Below, one piece after another: positions 42,899 to 56,513 of a stretch of DNA of 64,000 nt. How positions within the stretch are numbered: the first letter of the stretch is position 1; each line of letters starts with the position of its first letter. Below the pieces are notes generated by a model. That model had not been told where the DNA came from, searched no databases, and saw nothing but the letters and a program-made list of their open reading frames with translations. This stretch comes from Trichoplax sp. H2 (taxonomy: Eukaryota), in the NCBI GenBank assembly GCA_003344405.1, contig NOWV01000279.1, positions 1 through 64,000 of the forward strand. The letters are read 5' to 3'. Both the position numbers and the translations under genes were made by a program.

Positions 42899-44806
42899 AA
42901 TTCCTTGCATGCACTAGAACACCTTAGTGGACGTAATGTGCTTTTTGCAGTTATAGCACAAGAAACTGATCGGGTAAACTATTCTTTAGATTCTTCTGCT
43001 CGACTTGCTCTTTCCTCTCTCGTAGATAAAATAAAATTATGAATAAACGCATTTAAAATTGCCTGTCTAAATCTTCCTATTTGCTTGACTCGTCCAGATA
43101 CGAGGTGAAGAGCACCTCTAATCCCTACTCTACTTCTTTCGAGCACAGCTAAAGCTCACACAAATTTTCAGTAATATCAATGGAATTGTACGCACCAGAA
43201 TAGAATTTATATATCTTAAAGACTGAAAACGTTCATAGGGATGACAGTATTAGATCCTGTGCTAAATCTGGTGTCAGAGTTGAAAATACCCGTATAATGA
43301 AAAATTAACGTGAACGAGTGCATCTACAAACTAAATAATATCGAATAAAATTAACAGCATTGATATTATTCATTGGGGAGACAAGTAATGTTAAAATGCA
43401 GCAAATCATGACCCAAGAAATTTTATTCATTTGTATTGAATAGGTGTAGGCTGAGTGTACAGTCTACCAACGTTAAATTAAAGCAAGGGCATCGCAACTT
43501 CGCTAAGCACTTAATAAACGTGTTGATATTCACATTATTAATAGCATCAAACGGTGGAATTATACAATTACGGTTATTGACATTTGCAACATTACTATTC
43601 ATTATAACAAGTTGTAAAGGTCAAATGATAAAATTCATTACGAACAAATTCAAGGCAATAAAAAATCCTTATTTGATTGGTATATAATATTATAGCTATG
43701 CATTTAAGTAACTAAAGTAGAAAAGATACACAAGCCAAAGCAAAACTTGTCAAATTAGAGATAGATAACGGCAATCTGACATATAGTATTTTACTACATA
43801 GCGAAAGTTTTCAATGGTACGTATTGAAGTCTATATTACAGGTAAGCTGAGAAATATGAAGATTCAAGAGGACATGATTCATTCGTCAATATGCTATCTT
43901 CTGTAATGAAAACCATCTAATTCGTTAACTTTCCACTTTGTCGCCGGTCCAATTCTTATGTATTTCGTACTGGATGCATGGAGCAGGATGGAAAATGACA
44001 GAAAAGCAAAGTACACGTCTGTTACTGAACTATACTGCCCTGAGCATGCACTGTTAGAATGGTAGCTGGGCATAAATACAGCTGGATAGATACATCAGTA
44101 AATCAATAAAAATGGAAGAAATATCGTATAACAGATCAAATATGTCATTCGCCGGTGAAAATAGGCTGTAAATGCAATAGCAATTCAAATTTGAATAGGA
44201 CTATTGGTGTACAGCAGAGTATTGACCTACTGAATATATTCAGAGACAGTATCAACAGCTCACTATTCATCATTACATATCCAGTGAATAAATGGGCAGT
44301 TAAGTAGAGTCAATGAATACACAACTGGCAAGTTGTAGTTAACAAATTAAAGGTTACTCTTTGTAATAACAATTAATCCCTCTAGTACTCAATGTCATTA
44401 CGCTCCATTTTACGATAATACTCAAATCATATTTTAAAAAAAATAAATGTAGCATATTGTCTTATTTAGAACCGGCTCGAGTCAATTATTCAAAACTAGT
44501 GCTTTCCATTTCAGGCATTAGAACTATTGTACAATCTTAAACATGTTGACTAGCGTTGAACGCAAACCTATAGAACAGTTCAAGTTTTGTTATCCGTCTC
44601 TCTTGAAGTAAAAATCTACAGTTACAATTTACATGAAAAATAAAATTGAAATTAAATCAATGCTTTTATCTGCAAAATTTACATAACGACAATTTGCAAG
44701 TATAGTCTAAGCTGGTAGTAAGATCTTTCATGATCCGTTATAACAATTTCCGTTTGTCATATAATGTTGTTGATACTTTCGGTACAAATATTTATAGTCC
44801 AGACAT

Positions 44807-47800
44807 TTAAGATAGTACAGCTGCACTTTTACTTGGAAGGGGATTGAGGCTAATATAACGTTTTACATTTGGACGAGAATGCTCAGGCCAATTCTCATTA
44901 GTTATTCTATTCATTGCCTGTAGGTTGAAAAATGATAATAAATAAGCGATTGCTTTGCTTTCCTAATACAATATTGTTTCTATGTGAGTCGACTATCGTA
45001 CGCTTTGATACATGGGAATAACGTTTACCTCTAACTTTCTCGCTCTTTCTGTACTGAGAGGTTCAGTAGGTAATATGTAATTATTTTCATCGGCAACAGT
45101 TCTTAAATCAAAGTAATATTTGGCATAAATACTAGACGGAACATTGATATTAAACATGATCAACTGAAGGATTTCTCTTTCTAACGCATTCCTATCATAT
45201 CCAGAATAGAAAGTCAAAAAAAGTTACTCTTTTCAATGAAGACATCAACGATAATTACTACGTAGATAAAGATCAATTACATTTTAAAATCGCGAATGAT
45301 TACATATTGAGAATAACATACATATCTTCGACTGTGGTATCCTTTAAAATTTGGCAGTAATCTATATTCCAAACTATTGAGCAAAATATAAAATGATATC
45401 TGAATATAGATATCTTCGATAGTAGTCTATAAAAAGTTATTAATGGAAAATGCACATTATAACACTATCAAGTACCCTTACCGGCTTGATCGTCCCATAC
45501 TTTTGATGCTAATAAAATTGCGCCTAAAACTACTCGTCGCCAATTACTAGGATGAATATCAATCTCGGCATATTCCATTAATCGTTCCACATAAATTAAA
45601 GAAATAATGGCACATTCTGCAGTAAGCTAAAACCAACAAAATGAAATAAACAGTAATTCAGTAAAACCTCAATGAATCACTAAGAATACGCTACTATCAA
45701 AGAAATGGAGTAATAATGACCATTAAGCAGCTTCGATATTATTATTATTACTAATTAGTATAAAATATAGAACATTCATGATAGAAGACTTTAAATTACT
45801 GTTTTCCAGAAATAAGGCAGACAAGCTTACCTGTGCGGAAGAAAATAAAGTTTTGAAAAATTTATAGACATGGCGGTGCTCAGGTAAATTTATTATCGTC
45901 TCCTTTCTGACGGGCCGCTGTATTTTTGAAAAGTGAAAGATACTTATTCAAAATAAAAAGTAATCGTAATCATATCAAATTTACAGAACGGTAGCAAATC
46001 GGCAATCACCTTCAAGTTCAATAGCGTATTTCTATGTCATTATTATTAATAATAATAACTAAATCATGTAATGCACTCGTATTTTTCAGCGATAGTTGTA
46101 TATAGTCTTGTGACCAATACAACATTTTCATAACTAGTAGTAATTAGACTGACGACTTACTAACCATTAAAGGATGTAGTTCTTCATCGAAGATATCTTT
46201 AAGCCTGGGAGGATCATGTCTATACATACGTAAGGCAAAACATATAAAACTATTTTAAAACAAAGAATTTGATTTAAAATTGTTGACAAAGAGAATATGA
46301 AATGTATCAGTAGTCTGTAGTCTTGACAACTATTGACATAATTACCGAAAAAAAAGGTAAAAAACTATACAACTTGTTTATAGCTTCAATCCGATCTCAT
46401 AGATATTATGTATTGAAAGTAATAAACAGATTCTGTTGTCGATATTGAACAATCATTTTTTTACTTACGCTCCTTTCATTAGGTAACATACAGCCAATGA
46501 TACACTAAGCGTGTTCAATTTGAAAGAAGGATTAACGATAGAAGAAAAAAGAACCATTTAAGGTCATAGGAAACGATTCATATTAATGATTCGATACAAT
46601 AAAAATAGTAATCATGACTTATGGTTTATATGTTGTCATGTATTACCATATCACAGGTTAATTGTACAGTACTGTAGCGGTGAAGGCTTAGCGTCAAAAA
46701 TTCTATGGTAGCTATTACACTTATGAAATCCATTCCATGCGAAAGACTGAGCTAGTTCAAACTAGATAGTTGCTGATATTATTATTTACTCAATAGTACA
46801 AAATGAGAGAGTGTAGCATTTTCAACCTAAGAAAGTCAATGTTATCGATGATGCAGCATAAAGTTAATTATGATCTAACCCAATTTGAACTCTTTTACTG
46901 CCATAATTGTTTAAAAATATCAACGTTAAAATCAATCTCTATGTTAAGAAAATGGTATGAACAACAACTGATCAACAACGGCTAAAAATATTTCTTTCAC
47001 TTGTGAGAAATTTGTCATCATAAACTGTAATCTAGCGCTTACCACTTTAGCGTACACCTTAAATTGGGTTGGCTTACAGTACTATCGTCCAGATAAATAG
47101 AAGAACATGAGCTATATCTTTTGTGTATAGTGCCATTCTTTATGAAAAAGAAAAGGTGAAATGATATAAATTAGATTTTTTTCAGCTATGTATTGCTACC
47201 TTTCATAAACCAACAATTAAAATGAAATTAAATATTTCACACGTTAGTCATTTACATAACTGGAATATAAATTATCAATTATGGCCATTTCTGACAATAT
47301 ATCTTATATGTCAAAGATCTTTCAATATCAATCAATCAATCAATTAATGATAACCGAAGTTAACTGAAAATTTTTATCAAATTTATTTTTGAATATAAAG
47401 AATTTAAACGAATACAGGATCATTTTAATTATGGCTAGAATAGAAATTAGATTACAACGGAATTCTGTTGTTGGATTGAATATTATACAATCATGTGGAT
47501 GTAGTTAATTGTAAGTTGACACTGAATGTCTCTAGTTACAAATTGGTTCAGTAAAATCGCAGACAGACACCATTTTTCATGACCATTTTATGGGTAACTT
47601 AAAACATTTCTCGCATCTATTCTTAACGCTGTTATTGAGTCCAAAATGAACAAGTAATAGTTTTCACTATAGCCAGTAGTCAACTTATTTTACATCACGT
47701 AAGACGTTAAATATGGTATCGTAATACGGTTTAACTTTATGTCATTTGTCCTCACTAGACTACTTATAACAAATTCTATAAGGTATAGTAATACAGCCTC

Positions 47801-50800
47801 AGACTATCAATTGATTAATCAACGAATCTACTTACTTCTCTTGAAATAATAGAATCTCTTTTACTTTTTAAAACTATCATTACTTTCAAATGAGTTCGAG
47901 TTGTATCACCATGGGGGTAATTTTTTTACAATCAATTTGTCATTAGATTGAATATATTATGCATTATTTATTTCTAACGATATTACTATTTCATCTATAC
48001 AGTATTAAATAAGTATAACATTGTTATGTGGCACAATTCTACAATGTCTTTTTCTCAGTCTATAATAGTTATAATCCTTAGCATTTAAAGTGACTTTAAA
48101 TCAAGAAGGAATGTGCAACCGACGTTATGGTGACATGATAGAAGTTGTCGAAGTTAGTTAAAAGCAAACTCTAAGTGTAATAATGAATATCTACCATGTT
48201 TGTATCAATAAATTGACTATGTTGAATTGGTAGTCGCGTCTACTATTGAATCAGTCAAATAGAATTACATCTCAAATCTACGAATTCCAGTTATTGCCAA
48301 CAAACGAAGTAAATGGACAACATGTTGGAAGTATTGGATTGTATTACGCTCTTTTTTTTTTCTCATTTCGTCATTTCCATTAGTAAGTCTTTAGGAAATG
48401 TTTGGAAAAGTTTGTCAATTTATGATATCCAATTCTTTTAACAGTGAAAGTAGCACAATATCTTTTGATTAATCATTATTGTCCTAGTCTTGGATACCAT
48501 AAGTATTTATACAACAATTAAAGGATTTTTTTTTTTTTTTGGCCAAGTGGTACAGTAATCGTTAAATAGTGTAGTAAGAGGGCCAACGTAATGTGAATGA
48601 ATAACACAATTATTATTATTATTGGAGTACGTGAAGAACAGTATTATCGTGACAATATTTTGAAGAGTAATTATTCATTTTGACTGCAGGACATCAACTT
48701 GATGGGTATTATTACGGTAAATAAACTGTAGTTGAAATTTTATTTATTTGTATTTAATGATAAGAGTATTACTAGGCCAGATTATTTCCTGGTCATTATG
48801 TTGAAGAGGAACCCTAGGTAGCTGTTTGATGATACACATCCGATAAAATAGCAAGGATATTTTTTCTTAGCACCGTAGGCAAGAAAAAATTTGCGTTAAT
48901 TGAAAAAGAAATAAAAGCTGCTATTAAATCAAATCGCATCAAAATAGCAGCAACGTATTGTGGCATTCTAACTAAGATAGAGAATCCTATTGGTGATATC
49001 ATCGTAATAAATGTAGATTATCAATGTTAAGACAACATATTAAAGTAACTCTATATATCGAGGATAAAAAAGTCTTCAATAAAAAGTATAAATTTTAAAA
49101 ATGGGGGGGGGGGGTTGAATTCTTGCATTAGAAGTATTTAAAAAGCAATGAATAGAAAGCAGCCTTTGTTATCCCGTCAGTAGTATAAGTTAAAGAAATC
49201 TGGCGAGCCCCTACTTCTAAAGTATCGTATTAGGAAACAATCAATAGAAACAAACCTCTATTTTAACCATTAATTTAATTTACGCTTAGAGTATCGCAAC
49301 GTCATGTTAAGGATAGTTGAATTGATGAAGAAATCCATTGGGTAGGAATAGCAAAGAACTGCAAAGTGCAGTTGTATAAAAATATTACATAGTCTAGGTT
49401 GCAATAACTCATCTATTAATCTTGTAAGATAACATTGACAAGATTATCATGTTTCAAGTTGGATTGATGAAACCAATACTCAATGCTTAACCTTGTTATT
49501 GCGCGCTATTAACCACTAAGCGATGACGTACTTTTGATTAATGAATTGTTAATGTAATGAGGATAAAGATTGCAGTTTTGACTATCAAGCGAATACGGTT
49601 GAATTTCTTGTATCATCATTAATCCTATTGCTGTCTTACCTGATGCGATAAAAAACGTCGATTGCCTTTTCTTTTTCCACCTTGATAGAGAAAAATAAAC
49701 AAAAAAAAGGCAATTTTATTTTGTGTTGAAGGAGATGGCATCGTGAACAATTAAAATTATATCAATCCATCGATTGAAGTTAATATCATTGTTATCGTAT
49801 TCAATTTAGCACTTGATAGTAATAACGCCAGTAATATTCATGTTACTGGCCATCATTTGAATGGTATAACTGTTATTACTCAATGATATTCTATTTTGAC
49901 AGCAGATGATCAAAGTCAAATACATGTGGATTTTTCATCCTACTATGAAATACAATTTTAATGACCACATTGTAACTCGATGCAATCGCTATCATCTTAT
50001 TAACCATCTTTGCCTACATCATCGCTCGTATGTGGATTAGTATAAGGGCCAAGGATGGAGATAGGGCAACATCCACATCCAACGCTATTTATTGACAAGA
50101 AAATTACTCATGGTGATGATGGTTTAAGTTGTTGTAGCTTTAGCAAGCTGAGTATTGTTTCAAGGGTATTGTATTGCCTGGACAAGAAGTCATATCGTCA
50201 AGACAAAACTATCAATAACAGATGAAAGACAAAAAAAAATTGCTTCCATAGTGGGGCAAAATTGTGACCGTAGGTCATGAGTTAATACTACTGGATGTAG
50301 TTGTACAATCTGCTTATTTTATTCACTAGACTAGTGGATTAAAAAAAAAAATATTAAACAATCGGACGTAGACATTCTGTAGGGCATAGCATCAGGTTAA
50401 TAAATATAAACCAAGTGACAACAACATCCATCCTATGCTTAGCAATGACTACAGGATATACTCTCTGGAGAAGGAGGGTATATCATAGAGTCATAAGTCC
50501 AATAGGGTTGAAAAAAAACAAAAAAGAAACAAGCCAATTAAGACGGTAGACTTTGGTGCTGCTCTATGTTATACGTAGATCATTTTCAATGCGATGGAGT
50601 ATCGGTATGACTGAATTACTGTAGGATAACTGGTCATAACGATACAATCGATTGATACTAATTGGACAAATTTTAGTTAATTTATACAATACTTTCTTCG
50701 TCATCATTAAATCACTTCAAGTCAAGATATAGACTGAAAATACTCGTATTTTGATCGATCGTTGCAATAATCCATTGGCCAAGGTAAAGGGACTTGTAAT

Positions 50801-52200
50801 ACTGCCATGATAAAGCCCCCCCAAAAAAATAAATGTGGAAATACAAGACTATCGATCGTTTGGTAAATTGTACCCCATTGACCGACATCTCCAACATTAG
50901 ATCGTATGTCGGTGCTTTTCAAGTTGGAAGGCCTTGAATATACAACACAGAGTACGTCTTAGCGTAGTCTATCAACGTTGCCGTTGAAAATGGAGTATTG
51001 GACTAAGCAAAACGATCGATACCCATGGCATTTTTAGTGTTATCAATGGCTTGACTGTATGCTTAGACAATTCCTAGTTAGCTGACAAAGCGTCCATTAT
51101 CTTCTCCTTGAAATGATGAGAACTGGATGGAGAGCAGCTGCACTATTATAATGTGATAGGGAACAAGTGGAGAAAGTAATGGCAAAGCGTGCAAGGGTAG
51201 AAACATGTCGGCTTGATTTTTTGAATCCTTGTCCACTTGGATGAGTGTTATTTATGGTTGGAGATGAACAAGACACTATTAGTGGATTTTGGCAATAAGG
51301 TGAAACAACTGGTGATGGAAGGATAGCCGTGGATGGATATTATTTGCTAAATGAATACTGCACTATGTACACAATATCAGGAATGAGGTGAAAAGTAGAA
51401 CCTTTTATTTGTGTTGTTTTCTCCGCCCCAGATAGGATCGACTATCATGATTCCTAATATAGTTGATATGGTGTAGGAAAGAGACAAGAGATAAAGGATG
51501 ATCATAACAGACGAGTGATCGAATCACTGAATATGATCGCTTTGCGTTTTATCCGCAATGAAAGTGTTTATCCTATGCGTTGACCAAATCATTATTGAAT
51601 GATTGAGAAAGGGATGATGAGACTAATGCGATTATACGATATGCAAGTAGTCAATTGAATAGGTAAGTGTTTACACCCAAGACAAGTTATCCTCTTCTCT
51701 CTATCCTTTGCTTACCGTTATTTTCGTAATGATGAATAAAAATGGTTTCTTTATGTTGCTGTGATAAATCTACACATCGATTGCAATCGGACAGCCAAAA
51801 TAAAGGAAGAAGGATGATCGAGAAAGTAAAGAGAGAGAGAGAGAAAATAGTTATCCATCAAGTCCATTGAACGTTATCTACTGTAATACCATTTTAATGC
51901 TAGTCGTTATCAAGAACAGATTGACTAGTGTCCAAATCAATCTCTACGCTAATACAATGATAGATGAATCAGTTGGAGCTAATTAGCAAGACTATTCCCT
52001 TGTTGGACATGAAAAACTAAGCCACTATTGGCCTTGATGGCCATGAGATTGCAAAGAGGATAGTACTGACCTTCTCGATCGCTAATATGTTGAATGTTGG
52101 CATCGAGGCCAGGGCTATTGTCTTCCGAGGGTAGAGGATCGAAATCGTCATTGGCCGTGTTGGACGATGCAGTTAAGACACAACAATTGAGATTGCCCAT
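44807..52200 (-). CDS. CCNY: Cyclin Y (CCNY/CCNYL1 family), 11 coding exons
   Basis: Exons ~52200-52071, 51769-51716, 49680-49640, 47137-47043, 46504-46469, 46219-46165, 45917-45831, 45626-45482, 45373-45321, 45191-45029, 44917-44807. MGNLNCCV (myristoylation-type N-terminus), [96 protein letters not shown]. Confidence 0.95.
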
Positions 52201-53861
52201 CTGATCGTTTGAAGACGATGTTGACGAAAGGATCAGCAATGAAAGATCAAAGTCAGGCAGGCTCTATCCTTCCTGATCAATGTTACAACACTGATCCAAA
52301 TGCGATCAGAATATCTCCAACGGTTGCCAAACAAGAATGATCAAGCTTGGTCGACGATTGTGGCTTCCTTTTCAACATTGAACCTGATGCCAGACAGTCT
52401 TTAAGCCAGTTGGAGTCTTCATCGCCGGATTGCCAGCTTTTTACTAGTGACAATACAGGTCCACCAAGGGTCAGGCCGGATGCCCAGCAGGACATCGCTT
52501 TCCACTGTAAGATAGAGTACAGTCTACTGTAGACGACTGTACAGTGTACTGTATACTGTACACTGTATACTGTAGTATACAGCGTGCTCTTTTTCGTTCC
52601 AGATTATTAAAGAAGTACTGTAAATGCTTTAATATTGATCAAATTATGTAAAAAGTAATTCAAAAGGCATGTTGTTCAGAGCTTCTTCTTTCCGTACATA
52701 GCAATTTTGATGAGTTTCGTTCTCAAAATGTCGCTAAACATTAGTGTTACTTTATCGAAAAGGAAAAGGATCATGCTGCACAGTACTGTACAGTGTACAG
52801 TACTGTCCTGCAGAGTGCACAGTACTGTGCACTGTGTGTCTCTGAAGGGCGTGGACAGTGTGGACTATCCAGTCCAGTACAGTACTGTTCCATTGCTCAG
52901 TGCTCACGGTCTTCTAACCCATTTTTTCCAAGCGACAACGGTATGTGTGCCCCCCCCCCCATTCTGATACTGAATCAACCTTTGATGCAGCGTGTGGACG
53001 GTAGGCGTGCGTCATCGCTAGGCTTCAAGTGGGCCCAACTTGACCGTCACAGTGATTCTCCACATTAGACGTTTGCTAGGGAGGGGGTAAGCAAAATCCC
53101 ACTTTACCCATTTTATCCATTCGTCATGGTGGTTCCCATCTTTTCATACTACATCAACGATTGCGGTACTATATGCCTATATCCACGTTGTAGGCATGCA
53201 TCGTGTAGGGCTAAATTACTGTATTACAGCGCGGCATGCCAGGCTGCCCTACAACGACCTCCCAAATCCAACTTCATGGTACTGTCTATGATGTCATTGA
53301 TAGGATAGAATGGACTTGATTGGATCGCTTTTTACTTTTTTTTATTTGCCTCCATGCTATCAAGCATTGTTCCTCAGCATGAGTACCGAACAAGTGGTCA
53401 TGGCGCAGTCACAACGACAGAAACGATAGCCCTGTCCTGATTTGCAATGAATCCAATCTTGGGCTGGCTCAATCCATTCAAAATCACTTTATGATTGGCT
53501 AAAGTGAATATGGACCCAGTGGGTATTTCTCAATGACAAGAGCAGTGGATAGCGATCTCAATGTTAACTGATCTACTTTACATGTCTACTGTTTTGGTGA
53601 TTCGACTATCCACACAGTCAATGACTATTATTATGAATAAACTAACAAGAATGATACTCTCTATCGGCCATCGAGCAGTAGTCCAATCCATGATGCATTG
53701 ATTATTCGTGTTTGTAATAGCTTGTAGACAGTGAAGCATAGTCAGTTCTATACGAGTACAGTACTTGTACAACGTCTAGAATGGATAGTCATGCTGGTAG
53801 TGACTAGGGGCCGGGCCCGGCTGTACCTTTGCTGAGTCAGTGTCGCATTTTCATCAATACG

Positions 53862-54310
53862 ATACTGTCCATGCTATCTAAATTGGATGTCACCTTCATG
53901 AATGGGCATCTAACTAGCGATAACGCTTTAAAAAGCGACACGATTTTTGCTCGACGTGTCCATATGGAAATTGGCTGATTAGTCAGCATCATGTACTGTA
54001 CCTATCTAATTTCTGCCTTCAATACTCTCCATGCTATCTAAATTGGATGTCACCTTAAGGAATGGGCATCTAACTAGCGATAACGCTTCAAAAAGCGACA
54101 CGATTTTTGCTCGACGTATCCATATGTAAATTGGCTGATTAGTCAGCATCATGTACCTTGAAATATTTCTACCTTCGATACTGTCCATGCTATCTAAATT
54201 GGATGTCACCTTAAGGAATGGGCATCTTACTAGCGATAACGCTTCAAAAAGCGACACGATTTTTGCTCGAGGTGTTCATATGTAAATTGGCTGATTAGTC
54301 AGCATCATGT
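53862..54310. repeat. Three-copy tandem repeat, ~158 bp unit (variant form at ~55500-55820)
   Basis: ATACTGTCCATGCTATCTAAATTGGATGTCACCTT..AAAAAGCGACACGATTTTTGCTCGA..GCTGATTAGTCAGC starts at 53862, 54022 and 54178. Confidence 0.95.
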
Positions 54311-54996
54311 ACAGTGTACAGTACCTTCAAATTTAATATGGGTCAAGCGAGAGTTCTCTCTCAATACGTACAGTGTACAGTACAGTAGTCCCTCCTTTCT
54401 TCTGTACTGTACTGTACAGTACTGAACTTTGTTCTACTGTACTACAGACTGTAGTCTACAGTACAATCGATCTGTCCCTTCGATGTACGTCCGATGCTTG
54501 ATGATGCCTAAAACAACAGGGTGGAGTCCATCCCATATTGGTCAATGGAAAGCTTTCCTTGGCTCTCTCTATCAGGACGTAGTCCCTCCCAGTGCCAAGG
54601 GACTGACTCATCCAAGACTGTACGCGACAGTACTGTACTGTACTGTCCTGTACTGTAGTTTGAAGGCATTTCGAAGGTCAACCGGATTGGTATGACTTGC
54701 GCGCGACATGCGCAGTGCCGCGCCACGTCCCAGTCCCGGTTGGGTCCCGGTTCGTCGTAGTTGGTAACCATTCCGACTGTACTGTCAATGTACAGGTACT
54801 ATGCACATGGAACACTGATACTGTAGACAATATTGCATACGCTACTGTATAAAATTTCCAATGTGAATGGAAACGTGTCATTGCCAGTCTTGCCTTTTTC
54901 CCAAAGAGGGCAACCTTGATCCAGTCAAGATTCTTGCGGCCTTCCTTCATTTCTCCATTCCATTGGACGACCACAAAAGGAAAGAATCAAATAATC

Positions 54997-55043
54997 ATGG
55001 AAAAAATGGATGTAGCCATTGACGAGAACGGGGATAACTCTGC
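54997..55043 (+). other. Second copy of DNAJC7 coding exon 1 inside the duplicated block
   Basis: ATGGAAAAAATGGATGTAGCC..TCTGC|GTAAGT, identical to 56514-56560. Confidence 0.85.
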
Positions 55044-55090
55044 GTAAGTCATGTTATGTTACTTTGAGAAAGGAATGAGTTGTAAAGATT

Positions 55091-55110
55091 NNNNNNNNNN
55101 NNNNNNNNNN
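55091..55110. other. Assembly gap (20 N)
   Basis: Run of n. Confidence 1.
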
Positions 55111-56159
55111 CATTCAAAATCACTTTATGATTGGCTAAAGTGAATATGGACCCAGTGGGTATTTCTCAATGACAAGAGCAGTGGATAGCGATCTCAATGT
55201 TAACTGATCTACTTTACATGTCTAATGTTTTGGTCATTCGACTATCCACACAGTCAATGACTATTATTATGAATAAACTAACAAGAATGATACTCTCTAT
55301 CGGCCATGGAGCAGTAGTCCCAATCCATCATTCATTGATTAGTCGTGTTTGTAATAGCTTGTAGACAGTGAAGCACAGTCAGTTCTATACTAGTACAGTA
55401 CTTGTACAATGTCTACAATGGATAGTCATGCTGGTAGCGACTAGGGGCCGGGCCCGGCTGTACCTTTGCTGAGTCAGTGTCGAATTTTCATCAATACGAT
55501 CGATAACGCTTCAAAAAGCGACACGATTTTTGCTCGAGGTGTCCTTGAAATTTCTACCTTCAATACTGTCCATGCTATTTAAATTGGATGTCACCTTCAG
55601 GAATGGGTATGGAAGTAGCGATAACGCTTCAAAAAGCGACACGATTTTTGCTCGAGGTATCCTTGAAATTTCTACCTTCAGTACTATCCATGCTATTTAA
55701 ATTGGATGTCACCTTAAGGAATGGGCATCTAACTAGCGATAACGCTTCAAAAAGCGACACGATTTTTGCTCGAGGTGTTCATAAGTAAATTGGCTGATTA
55801 GTCAGCATCATGTACAGTACCTTCAAATTTGATATGGGTCAAGGGAGGGTTCTCTCTCAATACGTACAGTACAGTACAGTACAGTACAGTAGTCTCTCCT
55901 CTCTACAAAAGACAGTACTGTACTGAACTTTGTTCTACTGTACCACAGACTGTAGTCTACAGTACAATCGATCTGTCCCTTCGATGTACGTCCGATGCTT
56001 GATTATGCCTAAAACAACAGGGTGGAGTCCATCCCATATTGGTCAATGGAAAGCTTTCCTTGGCTCTCTCTATCAGGACGTAGTCCCTCCCTCCCAGTGC
56101 CAAGGGACTGACTCATCCAAGACTGTACGCGACAGTACTGTACTGTCCTGTACTGTAGT

Positions 56160-56280
56160 TTGAAGGCATTTCGAAGGTCAACCGGATTGGTATGACTTGC
56201 GCGCGACATGCGCAGTGCCGCGCCACGTCCCAGTCCCGGTTGGGTCCCGGTACGTCGTAGTTGGTAACCATTCCGACTGT
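56160..56280 (+). promoter_or_regulatory. GC-rich putative DNAJC7 promoter (duplicate at ~54660-54780)
   Basis: Local GC/CpG-rich patch with reverse CCAAT (ATTGG) and NRF1-like GCGACATGCGCAG, flanked by TACAG/TACTG tracts, ~250-350 bp upstream of the ATG. Confidence 0.55.
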
Positions 56281-56513
56281 ACAGTACTGTCAATGTACTG
56301 TACACTGTACAGGTACAATGCACATGCAACACTGATACTGTAGACAATATTGCATACACTACTGTATAAAACTTCCAATGTGAATGGAAACGTGTCATTG
56401 CCAGTCTTGCCTTTTTCCCAAAGAGGGCAACCTTGATCTATTCAAGATTCTTGCGGCCTTCCTTCATTTCTCCATTCCATTGGACGACCACAAAAGGAAA
56501 GAATCAAGTAATC

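Noticed and set aside
54735..54790. tRNA-like fragments (GGTTCG, TAGTTGGT)
   Set aside because: Motif order is wrong, no cloverleaf can be formed, and GGTTCG is altered in the second copy.
54006..56398. ORFs within the duplicated block
   Set aside because: They derive from tandem repeats and GC-rich promoter DNA, and frames differ between the two copies.
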